From assembly GCF_000007005.1 (NCBI RefSeq), contig NC_002754.1: 64,000 bases of DNA, one strand, 5' to 3'. The notes below the pieces were generated by a model. It searched no databases. It was not told the DNA's origin and saw only the letters and a list, made by a program, of their open reading frames with translations. Source of the stretch: Saccharolobus solfataricus P2 (lineage in GTDB: Archaea > Thermoproteota > Thermoprotei_A > Sulfolobales > Sulfolobaceae). Shown here in pieces: positions 55,604 through 64,000 of this stretch (the first letter of the stretch is position 1; each line of letters opens with the position of its first letter). A program made the translations under genes and the position numbers.

Positions 55604-56833
55604 TCATCTTCTTAATTGCTCCTTTACTATATCCAATATCTTTCTCGCTATTACCGTCTTAAAATTCTTTGGTATTTTCCTTACATCACCATTCTTATCT
55701 ATAACTATAACCTCATTATATTCAGACGAAAATCCTATATCCTTTCTTCTCACATTATTAGCTACGATTAAATCAAACCCGTGTCTCCTCATTTTGATTT
55801 TAGCTTTCTCAATCAGCTCTTCATCAGAATTTACAGTCTCTGCGGAAAAACCTACTAGCAATACATTATACTTCCTAATGTATTCAGAAATTTTCGGTGT
55901 TCTTTCTAATTCAACTTTAGGTATTTCTGTATGACTGTCTATTTTAGTGTCAGATTTATTTTTAAACTTGTAATCAGCAGGCGCTCCAGCTAAAATTACA
56001 ACATTAAACTTACCATTTTCTATACTTTTTACAACTTCATTTAGCATCTCCTCAGTTGTCTCTACATACACTATATCCTTAACATAAGGTTCTATCTTAG
56101 AACTTATAGGTCCACAAATAACTCTAACTTTAGCTCCTCTGAAATACGCCTCATTCGCAATAGATATACCCATAGTTCCGCTACTTGGATTTGAAATAAA
56201 TCTAACAGAATCTAAATACTCACGTGTAGGCCCAGCAGTAGCTAATATATTAAACCCAGATAAGTCTTTCCCTCTTAAAACATATGAGGTTATTCTACTG
56301 GTTAAGTATTCTAACTTAGGATAGTGTGCTAAATCTCCAACTATCTCTGGTTCTATTACCTCTACTCCTATCCTTTTTAACCTATCTGCTGCATCTGCAA
56401 CTTGAGGTGAAATATACATTTGTAAATGCATTGAAGGAACTATAATTAAGGGCTTTTTCATCCCAACGAAATTCAGCGCAGTAGCCGTTATTGGTGTATC
56501 AGCTATTCCATAAGCTATCTTTACCATAGTATTTGCAGTAGATGGAGCTACGATCATTACGTCATTGTCTTCTGCCAATGAAACATGCTCTAAGTCACCA
56601 GTAAGCTTAGTAACTACATTATTTCCAGTAGCCCACTTAAACATCTCTGGGGAAATTAGCTTGGCAGCGTCTTTACTTATAATGACACTCACTTCTGCAC
56701 CGTTCCTCATTAAACTTCTGGCTAAATCTAATGACTTATATATTGCGACGCTCCCAGTTACTGCTAATAGTATCTTCTTATCAGCTAGTTCATTACTTAT
56801 GCTCCCAATTATCTTCTTTGAAGGATGCGTCAT
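55604..56833 (-). CDS. coaBC: phosphopantothenoylcysteine decarboxylase/synthetase
   Basis: AVTGSVAIYK, HVSL, APSTANT, TAGPTREYLDSVRFISNPSSG, VGFSAET; start ATG 56833 or 56845. Confidence 0.95.
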   Translation of the reverse strand: MTHPSKKIIGSISNELADKKILLAVTGSVAIYKSLDLARSLMRNGAEVSVIISKDAAKLISPEMFKWATGNNVVTKLTGDLEHVSLAEDNDVMIVAPSTANTMVKIAYGIADTPITATALNFVGMKKPLIIVPSMHLQMYISPQVADAADRLKRIGVEVIEPEIVGDLAHYPKLEYLTSRITSYVLRGKDLSGFNILATAGPTREYLDSVRFISNPSSGTMGISIANEAYFRGAKVRVICGPISSKIEPYVKDIVYVETTEEMLNEVVKSIENGKFNVVILAGAPADYKFKNKSDTKIDSHTEIPKVELERTPKISEYIRKYNVLLVGFSAETVNSDEELIEKAKIKMRRHGFDLIVANNVRRKDIGFSSEYNEVIVIDKNGDVRKIPKNFKTVIARKILDIVKEQLRR

Positions 56834-56877
56834 GTATGTGTGCATATATATTAACTACATTATATAAAGATATTGAT

Positions 56878-57381
56878 ATGGAGCTCGCTGAAAAAGATAA
56901 AGGAAGAGATTTCACACTAAGAAACGCAAGAATGGATGATATAGACCAAATAATAAAAATAAATAGGCTAACATTACCTGAAAATTATCCATATTATTTT
57001 TTTGTTGAACACTTAAAGGAATATGGCCTAGCATTTTTCGTAGCTATAGTTGATAATAGCGTAGTAGGATACATAATGCCTAGAATAGAATGGGGATTCA
57101 GCAACATTAAACAATTACCCTCGTTAGTCAGAAAAGGACATGTGGTTTCAATAGCAGTATTAGAAGAATATAGAAGAAAAGGAATAGCTACTACATTATT
57201 AGAAGCCTCGATGAAGAGCATGAAAAATGACTATAATGCTGAGGAAATATATTTAGAAGTAAGAGTCAGTAATTATCCCGCAATAGCCCTATATGAGAAA
57301 CTGAACTTTAAAAAAGTTAAAGTACTAAAAGGTTATTATGCTGATGGGGAAGACGCATATCTTATGGCAAGACCACTCTAG
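56878..57381 (+). CDS. ard1: protein N-terminal acetyltransferase (Ard1/NatA-like)
   Basis: LPENY, GHVVSIAV...RRKGIA, YLEVRVSN, YYADGEDAY; true start ATG 56878 (167 aa). Confidence 0.95.
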   Translation: MELAEKDKGRDFTLRNARMDDIDQIIKINRLTLPENYPYYFFVEHLKEYGLAFFVAIVDNSVVGYIMPRIEWGFSNIKQLPSLVRKGHVVSIAVLEEYRRKGIATTLLEASMKSMKNDYNAEEIYLEVRVSNYPAIALYEKLNFKKVKVLKGYYADGEDAYLMARPL

Positions 57382-57868
57382 CCAGTTTTACTTCGCCTTG
57401 TTCGGGATAATATTCACCATAATACCCCATACTGAAATTACCAATAGATATCACTCTGGTATTATTTATATAATACTCTTTCTGAACCTCGGAATGCGCA
57501 TGCAAAAGAATCCTAGGCTGATTAGATAATACCTTAGCTAGAACCTCTTGAGAACCAACTCTAACACCATTTATAATTCCAGTAATTGAGCCTTTCGGAG
57601 GATAGTGTGAAATAACGATATCTGTAGAGAAGTCTGAAGAGATATTTAAATACTTATTGAGATATTTACCAGTGCTCTTCAAGTATTTTAGTACTGAAAC
57701 ATCCTCCATATCCCCAGTTATACCTATAAACCCTCTTATAAACTGAGGACACTCTATATCCCCTAACCCCACGAAAAGATCAGCATCGAGCTCGTTTACA
57801 AAATTTATAAGATCTAAATTACACTGAAAACCCGCTATGAGGATTACCTTTCTTACCATACCACTCAT
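57362..57868 (-). CDS. calcineurin-like metallophosphoesterase (degenerate motifs)
   Basis: FVGLGDIE, GITGDMED, VISHYPP, LLHAHSE; start 57868 or 57859. Confidence 0.65.
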   Translation of the reverse strand: MSGMVRKVILIAGFQCNLDLINFVNELDADLFVGLGDIECPQFIRGFIGITGDMEDVSVLKYLKSTGKYLNKYLNISSDFSTDIVISHYPPKGSITGIINGVRVGSQEVLAKVLSNQPRILLHAHSEVQKEYYINNTRVISIGNFSMGYYGEYYPEQGEVKLARVVLP

Positions 57869-58715
57869 CTAGATAATATATAGCCAACGCTGAGGCTATA
57901 AGATCGGCTGTTGACCCTGGATTAAAATTGTTGTTAATCAGATACTTATTAAGCCATTCTAACTCATTAGAAGATGGGCAATCGCCAGAGAAAACTAACC
58001 TAGCAACCTTAGATGCTTCTAATGCAGCGTGAGCTCCATACTTCTTATAAATTAAAGTATCCGGGTAGTTTGAAAGTATGTATAAAAACGCTCTTTGCAC
58101 ATCTCTTTCAAGTCCACATAAACCTTCCTTTATAACTTTATATGCAGCAAAAGTTATCGAATAATCATTAACCATATTAAGTGCTACTATATCATATTTC
58201 GATGAAAACTCCATAAGCGTAAAAAAATCAATATTCTCTATTTCTCTATAATCCATTGAACTTAATTTACCTAAATATTTCAAATTTAACTCCTTTAATG
58301 CATCGAGAAACCATCTAGTCTCGAGAGCTCCTAAACTCCTTAGAAGTTTAGCAGCCTTTTTCCTCAATTCAAAAACATTATTAATCTTAGCAGCCTCATA
58401 TGCGAAGGGCGCAATTAAAAGATAAGTACCAAACAACTGGTATTCGAATCCAAATTTATTAGAACGAGTTACCAATTCTACTAACGTATCATAAATTCTA
58501 CTAATCCCTCTAAATCCCCTTATGCATAATTCTTTATAATACGTAGAAGAAATTAATGCACTTTTCACTATATCAATGTATTTCACATTTACAAGATCTT
58601 GGGATCTACTTGCATTACCGGGTTTAAAAATATAAGATTCTATTATTGAGGCTTGAGATAAAATGTAAGAGACATCATTACAAAGGTCTAATAAACCCTC
58701 TAACATCTTTGTCAC
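57819..58715 (-). CDS. citG: CitG-family triphosphoribosyl-dephospho-CoA synthase-like protein
   Basis: KPGNASR, QLFGTYLLIAP (TNxG-like), PDTLIYKKYG, FNPGSTADL; start 58715 or 58706. Confidence 0.8.
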   Translation of the reverse strand: MTKMLEGLLDLCNDVSYILSQASIIESYIFKPGNASRSQDLVNVKYIDIVKSALISSTYYKELCIRGFRGISRIYDTLVELVTRSNKFGFEYQLFGTYLLIAPFAYEAAKINNVFELRKKAAKLLRSLGALETRWFLDALKELNLKYLGKLSSMDYREIENIDFFTLMEFSSKYDIVALNMVNDYSITFAAYKVIKEGLCGLERDVQRAFLYILSNYPDTLIYKKYGAHAALEASKVARLVFSGDCPSSNELEWLNKYLINNNFNPGSTADLIASALAIYYLDEWYGKKGNPHSGFSV

Positions 58716-59577
58716 CGATAATTACAACGTTCTCCTTCTCACAGCTCATTAATAAACCCTCAACCTCAACTTGTCTCTTTCCAAATAAAGCTGATGAAAA
58801 AATACCCTCATAACTCACTATCTTAGAAACATTATATTCATTATTATCTAAAACGTATGCAACAGAAGGATAAATTAAAGCTTCGTAATCCCCCGAAATA
58901 TGAGCTTTAAATTTTACCTTACCTATTTTTTTACAAATATCGTTACAATATCTCCAAGGTTTATCATCGGCAAAAAGTACAGAGATCTTTATACCCCTAT
59001 ATATCCCTCGTCTCCTATTATCATACAGTAAACTTGAGAAATTTATACCGTAATTCTCATTAGCCTCGATAATCCATTCAGAATCTTTTTCAAATCCATC
59101 AAAAGATTCAATGAAATCTAATGCACTCTTACGCCCATATATTATTATATCAATATCAGAATTGCTGTGATAATTACCTAGTAAAATAGATCCAGTAACA
59201 CCTATATCGTTAACTCTTACATATTCTTCTATAAAACTGATAAGAGCATAAATTATACTATCACTGACACTCTTCTTTAATATCTCTCGTAATCTTTCTT
59301 CAGGCTTTAAATGTCTAGAAATATTAGATAGAAGAACTATAGGAAAAGATGCATCATAGCAACTCTCAAAATTAAACCGTTGATTAATCTTGATTAGATT
59401 ATGAACACCATACTTCTTAAATATCCTCTCATATCCATTCCAAATACCTTTGCCGGTATAAACATATTTTAAATAGGCAAAAACATAACCAGGGGGATTA
59501 TAATTGGTTAAAACAGTATACACGTTACCCTCTTTATCAATTATAATGTCTCTATCCAAGAAATAATCTCGTCCCAT
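58678..59577 (-). CDS. predicted nucleotidyltransferase (COG1665-like)
   Basis: LDRDII, YVFAYLKY, IGVTGSILLG...SDIDIIIYG (GS+DxD). Confidence 0.78.
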   Translation of the reverse strand: MGRDYFLDRDIIIDKEGNVYTVLTNYNPPGYVFAYLKYVYTGKGIWNGYERIFKKYGVHNLIKINQRFNFESCYDASFPIVLLSNISRHLKPEERLREILKKSVSDSIIYALISFIEEYVRVNDIGVTGSILLGNYHSNSDIDIIIYGRKSALDFIESFDGFEKDSEWIIEANENYGINFSSLLYDNRRRGIYRGIKISVLFADDKPWRYCNDICKKIGKVKFKAHISGDYEALIYPSVAYVLDNNEYNVSKIVSYEGIFSSALFGKRQVEVEGLLMSCEKENVVIIGDKDVRGFIRPL

Positions 59578-60431
59578 TCTTTCAACCTCACAAACGAGAT
59601 TGGAGTCCCACTACTATCCAACATACTAATATAATGACGTAGAAGCCCACCAGAATACGCATTAGCGATAAATGCCGCACCGACTGCTGCTTCCTTAAAC
59701 TTAAAATCATATTTCTTACCAATCTCCAAATAGTTCTTATTATATCCAGATACTATAATCGGCAACTTATACTTATCACTATACCATTCCACTATAATTC
59801 TGGTAAGCTCTAAATTCCTACCAACATTATAAACAGTTGACTTATCTATCCTAGAATATTTATGAAGAAGATAAGCTATTTCTCCATCTAAACCAGATAA
59901 ATAGGTTCCGCCATAACCATCAACTATCTTACCGTTAATAACGATAACAATTGCAGTAAATCTTCTTCCCATTTCAACTAGAATAAAATTATCTAGTTTA
60001 AGATAAACCCTATAGAAAAATGTAGAAGCAACCTTATCTGCAGTGCCCTTATCAATAACATTTACCTTCCTATCATTAGGTAGACTATTTAGTTCAATAA
60101 CTGAGGGAATCGTAAAAGAATTATAAAAAGACAAATATTGTTTTGAAGCTAGTAAGAAATCTCTTAAAGGGCCATGAGATAATGGATCTTTTAACGTAAG
60201 GATAAATATTTCTCGATTGTTAATATTTCTAATATTGTAGAAAGGTAGACCATGACCAGAAGGCAAAGCCACTGCCATAGGTCTATAATCGGCTATTAGT
60301 TTGGCTAAAAATATAGAGCTTTTCTCTACTAGATCTGTACATATTTCAAAATATTTGATCAAATTCCCTAGTTCATCAACAAAGGCGAAAGCATAAGTCT
60401 CACTACCTGGATCGATACCAACATAAATCAT
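59541..60431 (-). CDS. DUF1464 family ASKHA-fold kinase-like protein
   Basis: YVGIDPGS.T, ALPSGHG, IDKGTADKVAS, ILVEMG, IVDGYGG, AAVGAAFIA; start reset to ATG 60431. Confidence 0.75.
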   Translation of the reverse strand: MIYVGIDPGSETYAFAFVDELGNLIKYFEICTDLVEKSSIFLAKLIADYRPMAVALPSGHGLPFYNIRNINNREIFILTLKDPLSHGPLRDFLLASKQYLSFYNSFTIPSVIELNSLPNDRKVNVIDKGTADKVASTFFYRVYLKLDNFILVEMGRRFTAIVIVINGKIVDGYGGTYLSGLDGEIAYLLHKYSRIDKSTVYNVGRNLELTRIIVEWYSDKYKLPIIVSGYNKNYLEIGKKYDFKFKEAAVGAAFIANAYSGGLLRHYISMLDSSGTPISFVRLKEWDEIISWIETL

Positions 60432-60611
60432 CAGTGGCTGCCTCGCCATATCATTATTTCAAAACGGCTTTTCGTCATCATCAAAATCAGATAGTACAAC
60501 ACAGATATATAAAGTATAGTATTCATTCTAACTCCTTCCTCGCTTTAAAATCTTTCACCCTCATTCTTCATAAATATAATAAAGATATGTACAAGGTTCA
60601 CAATTTAAATA

Positions 60612-60684
60612 CGCCGCGGCCGGGATTTGAACCCGGGTCAGGGGCTCGACAGGCCCCCATCCTAGACCACTAGACTACCGCGGC
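60612..60684 (-). tRNA. tRNA-Asp (GTC)
   Basis: GCCGCGGTAGTCTAGTGGTCTAGGATGGGGGCCTGTCGAGCCCCTGACCCGGGTTCAAATCCCGGCCGCGGCG cloverleaf. Confidence 0.96.
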
Positions 60685-60777
60685 AACTTTACGTATGCAT
60701 GAGTATCTACTAATAACTTACTTAAAAAGCCTTCGCTTGCTAAAATCCTCCAATATCACATAAGACGAGAAATAATA

Positions 60778-60880
60778 TGGTAGCGGGGCCTGGATTTGAA
60801 CCAGGGACCTCGGGGTTTCCCAACGCGTGCTTTAAAGAGTATATGAGCCCCGCGGCCTTACCAGGCTAGCCCACCCCGCT
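60778..60880 (-). tRNA. initiator tRNA-Met (CAT) with 25-nt intron at 37/38 (60817-60841), CCA encoded
   Basis: A1:U72, G11:C24, GGG/CCC pairs in the anticodon stem, CTCATA loop, terminal ACCA. Confidence 0.92.
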
Positions 60881-61143
60881 ACTTTACCCCGCTATCTAAG
60901 ATATACTCTATAGTACCTTTAAAGTTATTGTTATCATTCACTAAAATAACCATGCATCTTCTAGCGTTAACTAGAGAACTTATAGTTAGATTTTAGAGTT
61001 TATGGCCTAACCTACTATATAGCCCAAGCTTTACTCCACTTCTCATACATTCATTGAGAACCTTATTATTTATGAATAAAATTACTCAATACAATAACAA
61101 GAGTCAGATCATTAATGTAAATTTTTTATATAAATTTAAATAG

Positions 61144-61227
61144 CGCCGGGGGCGGGATTTGAACCCGCGCGGGGAAACCCCCACTGGCTCTCCAGGCCAG
61201 CCCCTTAGTCCGCTCGGGCACCCCGGC
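61144..61227 (-). tRNA. tRNA-Ser (GGA)
   Basis: Anticodon arm CTGGC-CTGGAGA-GCCAG, long variable arm GGGG-TTT-CCCC, G73; directly downstream of rps10. Confidence 0.96.
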
Positions 61228-61258
61228 ACTCTACTATATTATAGAAGAGTAAAAAGAT

Positions 61259-61567
61259 TTATATCAATTGTATCTCAATGTAAACGTCCTCGGGTACTCT
61301 CACTCGCATTAGCTGTCTCATCACACGTTCATCTGCTGCAATATCTATTAATCTTTTATGTACCCTCATTTCCCATTTTTCCCACTTTTTCCTTCCTTCT
61401 CCATGAGGAAGTCTCATAATCGGAACTTCTAGTTTGCTAGTTGGCAATGGAATTGGACCTCTCATTTCTATCCCTGTTTTCTCAACGATACCCCTTATTT
61501 GCGTTATAACATAATTTAAATTCTCAACGTTAGTACTCCATAATCGAATTCTAGCTTTTGTAGGCAT
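61259..61567 (-). CDS. rps10: 30S ribosomal protein S10
   Basis: [20 protein letters not shown]. Confidence 0.98.
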   Translation of the reverse strand: MPTKARIRLWSTNVENLNYVITQIRGIVEKTGIEMRGPIPLPTSKLEVPIMRLPHGEGRKKWEKWEMRVHKRLIDIAADERVMRQLMRVRVPEDVYIEIQLI

Positions 61568-61591
61568 AAAATCACCAATAAAAAATTAAAA

Positions 61592-62899
61592 TTATTTAAT
61601 TTCTACTTTGGCTGGTTTTACATCAACAATTATTCCTACTCCAACAGTCTTACCCATATCCCTCATCGCGAATCTGCCTAGTGGTGGGAACTCATTATAC
61701 TTCTCTACGCATAGTGGCTTAATTGGTTTGAATTTGACTATCGCTACATCTCCTTGTTTCAAGAACTGTGGATTCTTTTCTGCTTCTTGACCAGTTCTTG
61801 GATCTAGTTTTGATACTAATTCTGAAACTCTGCATGCCACACTCGCAGTATGAACGTGAATCACTGGTGTATAGCCATTTGCCAAGGCCGTAGGATGCCA
61901 TACTACTATTATTCTTGCAGTGAATTCATCAGCAACAGTAGGTGGATTATTCGGATGACCTACAACATCTCCTCTTTTTATATCTTTCTTTTCAACACCT
62001 CTAACGTTAAATCCAATATTGTCACCTGGCTCCGCTTTATCCATCTTAGTGTGGTGAGTTTCTATTGACCTAACTTCACCTACTTTGCCTGCTGGCATGA
62101 ATACTATCTTATCACCTACCTTTAACACTCCGCTTTCTACTCTACCTACCGGTACAGTACCTACTCCAGAGATTGAGTAGACGTCTTGAATTGGAATTCT
62201 TAATGGTTTATCTACTGGTTTTGGTGGTAATTCTAACTGATCTAAATATTCTTCTAAGGTAGGACCGTTATACCATTTCATATTTTCTGATCTATGAGTT
62301 ATGTTATCGCCTGCAGGTGCAACTACTGGTACAAATCTAACCTTATTTGTATTAAATCCATAACTTCTCATAAATTTACTGACTTGGTCAACAATCTCCT
62401 TATAACGTTTTTCATCATATGGTGGCTCTGTTAAGTCCATTTTGTTTACTGCAACTATTAATTGATCTAAACCCATGGTCTTGGCTAGAATTATATGCTC
62501 TCTTGTTTGTCCTTCTACGCTCATTCCAGCTTCATATTCACCCTTCTTAGCTGAAACCACTAGAATTGCGGCATCTGCTTGGCTAGCACCAGTTATCATG
62601 TTCTTTACGAAGTCTCTATGACCGGGAGCATCAATTATTGTAAAGAAGTACTTTTTAGTTTCAAATCTCATGAATGTTAGATTTATTGTTACACCTCTTT
62701 CTCTTTCTTCTTTTAGTCTATCTAGTAGAAATGCGAACTTTTCAGATTCTTTACCTAATTTTTTAGCAGCTTCTTCTGCTTCCTTCACTGTTTTTTCATC
62801 TATGAAACCTCTATCCATTAGTAGTCTTCCCACTAGTGTGCTTTTACCATGATCGATATGACCTATTACTATTAAATTAAGGTGAGGCTTTTGAGACAT
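61592..62899 (-). CDS. tuf: translation elongation factor EF-1alpha
   Basis: GHIDHGKST, ERERGVTI, DAPGHRDF, NKMD, GRFAMRDMG. Confidence 0.99.
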   Translation of the reverse strand: MSQKPHLNLIVIGHIDHGKSTLVGRLLMDRGFIDEKTVKEAEEAAKKLGKESEKFAFLLDRLKEERERGVTINLTFMRFETKKYFFTIIDAPGHRDFVKNMITGASQADAAILVVSAKKGEYEAGMSVEGQTREHIILAKTMGLDQLIVAVNKMDLTEPPYDEKRYKEIVDQVSKFMRSYGFNTNKVRFVPVVAPAGDNITHRSENMKWYNGPTLEEYLDQLELPPKPVDKPLRIPIQDVYSISGVGTVPVGRVESGVLKVGDKIVFMPAGKVGEVRSIETHHTKMDKAEPGDNIGFNVRGVEKKDIKRGDVVGHPNNPPTVADEFTARIIVVWHPTALANGYTPVIHVHTASVACRVSELVSKLDPRTGQEAEKNPQFLKQGDVAIVKFKPIKPLCVEKYNEFPPLGRFAMRDMGKTVGVGIIVDVKPAKVEIK

Positions 62900-62944
62900 T
62901 TATAACACTCTCTTAACCGATATAGTGATAGAGTTAATAAAAGT

Positions 62945-63526
62945 TTACCTTGAACTTAAGGCTATTCTTTCTATCTCTTCTTTTCTTTTAATTGCAAAAC
63001 TCTTAGAGTCATTGTTTGCTGCAGCAATTATTTCTTCTGCTAAAACTTCCTCAATAGGTTTTGGATTATTGAACGATGCATCCTTAGCACCGGTAGCTAT
63101 ATGCCTTAAGGCTAAGTCTATTCTTCTTTGTGGAGATACGTCTACTGCGACGTAATACACTATACCACCGTACATAATTCTAGTAACTTCTTCTCTAGGT
63201 GCGCTATTCTCTATGGCTCTAACTAATACTTGGATTGGGTTTTGACCAGTCTTTAAATAAATTATGTCGAATGCTAATTTAACAATATTATATGCTAAGT
63301 GTTTTTTTCCTTTATTTCTACCAGGTCTCATTATTTGATTTATTAGCCTTTCAACTATTGGAACTTTAGCCTTACCAAATCTCCTATGTTCATGCCTACC
63401 CCCAGTGTGTGGCAAATAAACTGGCATTAGAGAAATGTACTTCTTTAAGCTAGGATCTCTGATTTCAACTTTAGTATCCCACTTACCAAACACTTTGATG
63501 TCTAATTGTAAGTTCTCTAAGGACAT
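62945..63526 (-). CDS. rps7: 30S ribosomal protein S7
   Basis: [37 protein letters not shown]. Confidence 0.98.
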   Translation of the reverse strand: MSLENLQLDIKVFGKWDTKVEIRDPSLKKYISLMPVYLPHTGGRHEHRRFGKAKVPIVERLINQIMRPGRNKGKKHLAYNIVKLAFDIIYLKTGQNPIQVLVRAIENSAPREEVTRIMYGGIVYYVAVDVSPQRRIDLALRHIATGAKDASFNNPKPIEEVLAEEIIAAANNDSKSFAIKRKEEIERIALSSR

Positions 63527-63604
63527 CTATTTGTTACCTCTTAATGGTATCTATGATTTGGATATTTAAATTTATGATACATAAGTATATGTAGTGTATA
63601 CGTG

Positions 63605-64000
63605 ATGAGTCTTCAACCAATCAAGGACGAGGATTATATAAAAGTTAATTCTGTTGACGCATTCTTTATGCCTCTTCATGGTATACCAACTATAGTATGT
63701 TATTTGGAAGACGGAAGACAATTTTATCTATTCAGCGTACCTGCAGAAATCGTTATAGCAATAAATAAAACGAAAGGGAATAAAGAGGAGGAGTTTGGCG
63801 ATAAAAGAGAAAATATATATGATATCATCTCGTTTATACCAGAAATCACCGAGGAATTTTCCAAGCATATAGAAAAAGTTATTATAGACGATATGATAAG
63901 GGATACGGGAGTTTACGTAGCTACAGTTGAATTTAAATTTGATGGTGTAATAATTCAGAAAAGAATGATACCAAGTCATGCAATATTTCTTGCTATAATT
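63605..64000 (+). CDS. DUF151 / bifunctional-nuclease-like protein, partial (runs off the window end; not in the ORF track)
   Basis: Open frame from ATG 63605 (GTG 63602): MSLQPIKDEDYIKVNSVDAFFMPLHGIPTIVCYLEDGR...EKVIIDDMIRDTGVYVATVEF...MIPSHAIFLAI, resembling the DUF151 'RPSDAIALA' motif. Confidence 0.7.
   Translation, partial: MSLQPIKDEDYIKVNSVDAFFMPLHGIPTIVCYLEDGRQFYLFSVPAEIVIAINKTKGNKEEEFGDKRENIYDIISFIPEITEEFSKHIEKVIIDDMIRDTGVYVATVEFKFDGVIIQKRMIPSHAIFLAII

Noticed and set aside
56731-56877. 49-codon extension of ard1
   Set aside because: Overlaps the coaBC start on the other strand; the 167-aa form begins at 56878
60434-60673. 79-aa plus-strand ORF
   Set aside because: Runs through an intergenic region into the antisense of tRNA-Asp; no protein-like features
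61159-61419. 86-aa plus-strand ORF
   Set aside because: Antisense to tRNA-Ser and rps10; the GC-rich start is tRNA sequence
62900-62944. Absence of EF-2 between rps7 and tuf
   Set aside because: Known Sulfolobales str-operon arrangement; no remnant visible
893-63155. Numerous 60-185 aa antisense or off-frame ORFs (e.g. 1955-2323, 4066-4434, 9582-10136, 23267-23719, 24140-24676, 52335-52727, 56565-56867)
   Set aside because: They lie over well-supported genes, have the Ser/Ile/Phe-rich composition of antisense shadows and show no motifs
63728-63979. 83-aa minus-strand ORF
   Set aside because: Shadow of the plus-strand DUF151-like frame
1-64000. CRISPR arrays, IS/transposases, integrases at the tRNA genes
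   Set aside because: No regularly spaced repeats, transposase or integrase motifs, terminal inverted repeats or duplicated tRNA 3' halves (att sites) seen by eye

Overview
AT-rich (roughly one-third GC), densely packed core-genome segment of a Sulfolobales archaeon. I recognise several proteins (FEN1, EF-1alpha, PDO, Ard1, LysM) as Saccharolobus (Sulfolobus) solfataricus type; from memory this is roughly the SSO0146-SSO0218 region of strain P2, not checked against a database. Contents: the LysW-dependent lysine/arginine operon (lysYZM-WXJK, with the LysM operator), a CedB-type DNA-import ATPase with an ANTTTC damage-response motif, phi and hps, uppS, rps8e/srp19, an ECF transporter, a degenerate AHAS-like protein, rpl40e, nusA2/aspS, truD/pth2, EF-1beta, cdc48-wHTH-fen1, a sirC-hemABLCD cluster followed by an NPP-family hydrolase and a two-subunit flavin dehydrogenase, lig plus a beta-CASP nuclease, dcd, pdo, rqc2-rio2-DUF460, mat/SmAP, pyrG, pgm, coaBC, ard1, a DUF1464-NTase-CitG-phosphoesterase operon, and rps7-tuf-rps10. 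Six tRNA genes are present (Lys and iMet with one intron, Cys with two; His, Asp, Ser without), plus a box C/D sRNA missed by the ORF track. I saw no CRISPR array, IS element or prophage. Best leads: (1) the uncharacterised four-gene CitG/nucleotidyltransferase operon next to coaBC, (2) a necessarily non-canonical (probably ATA) start for fen1, (3) an AHAS-fold pseudo-enzyme, (4) the C/D guide RNA, (5) the double-intron tRNA-Cys with C33, (6) an EMC6-like membrane protein. Family names come from motif recognition, not from searches.
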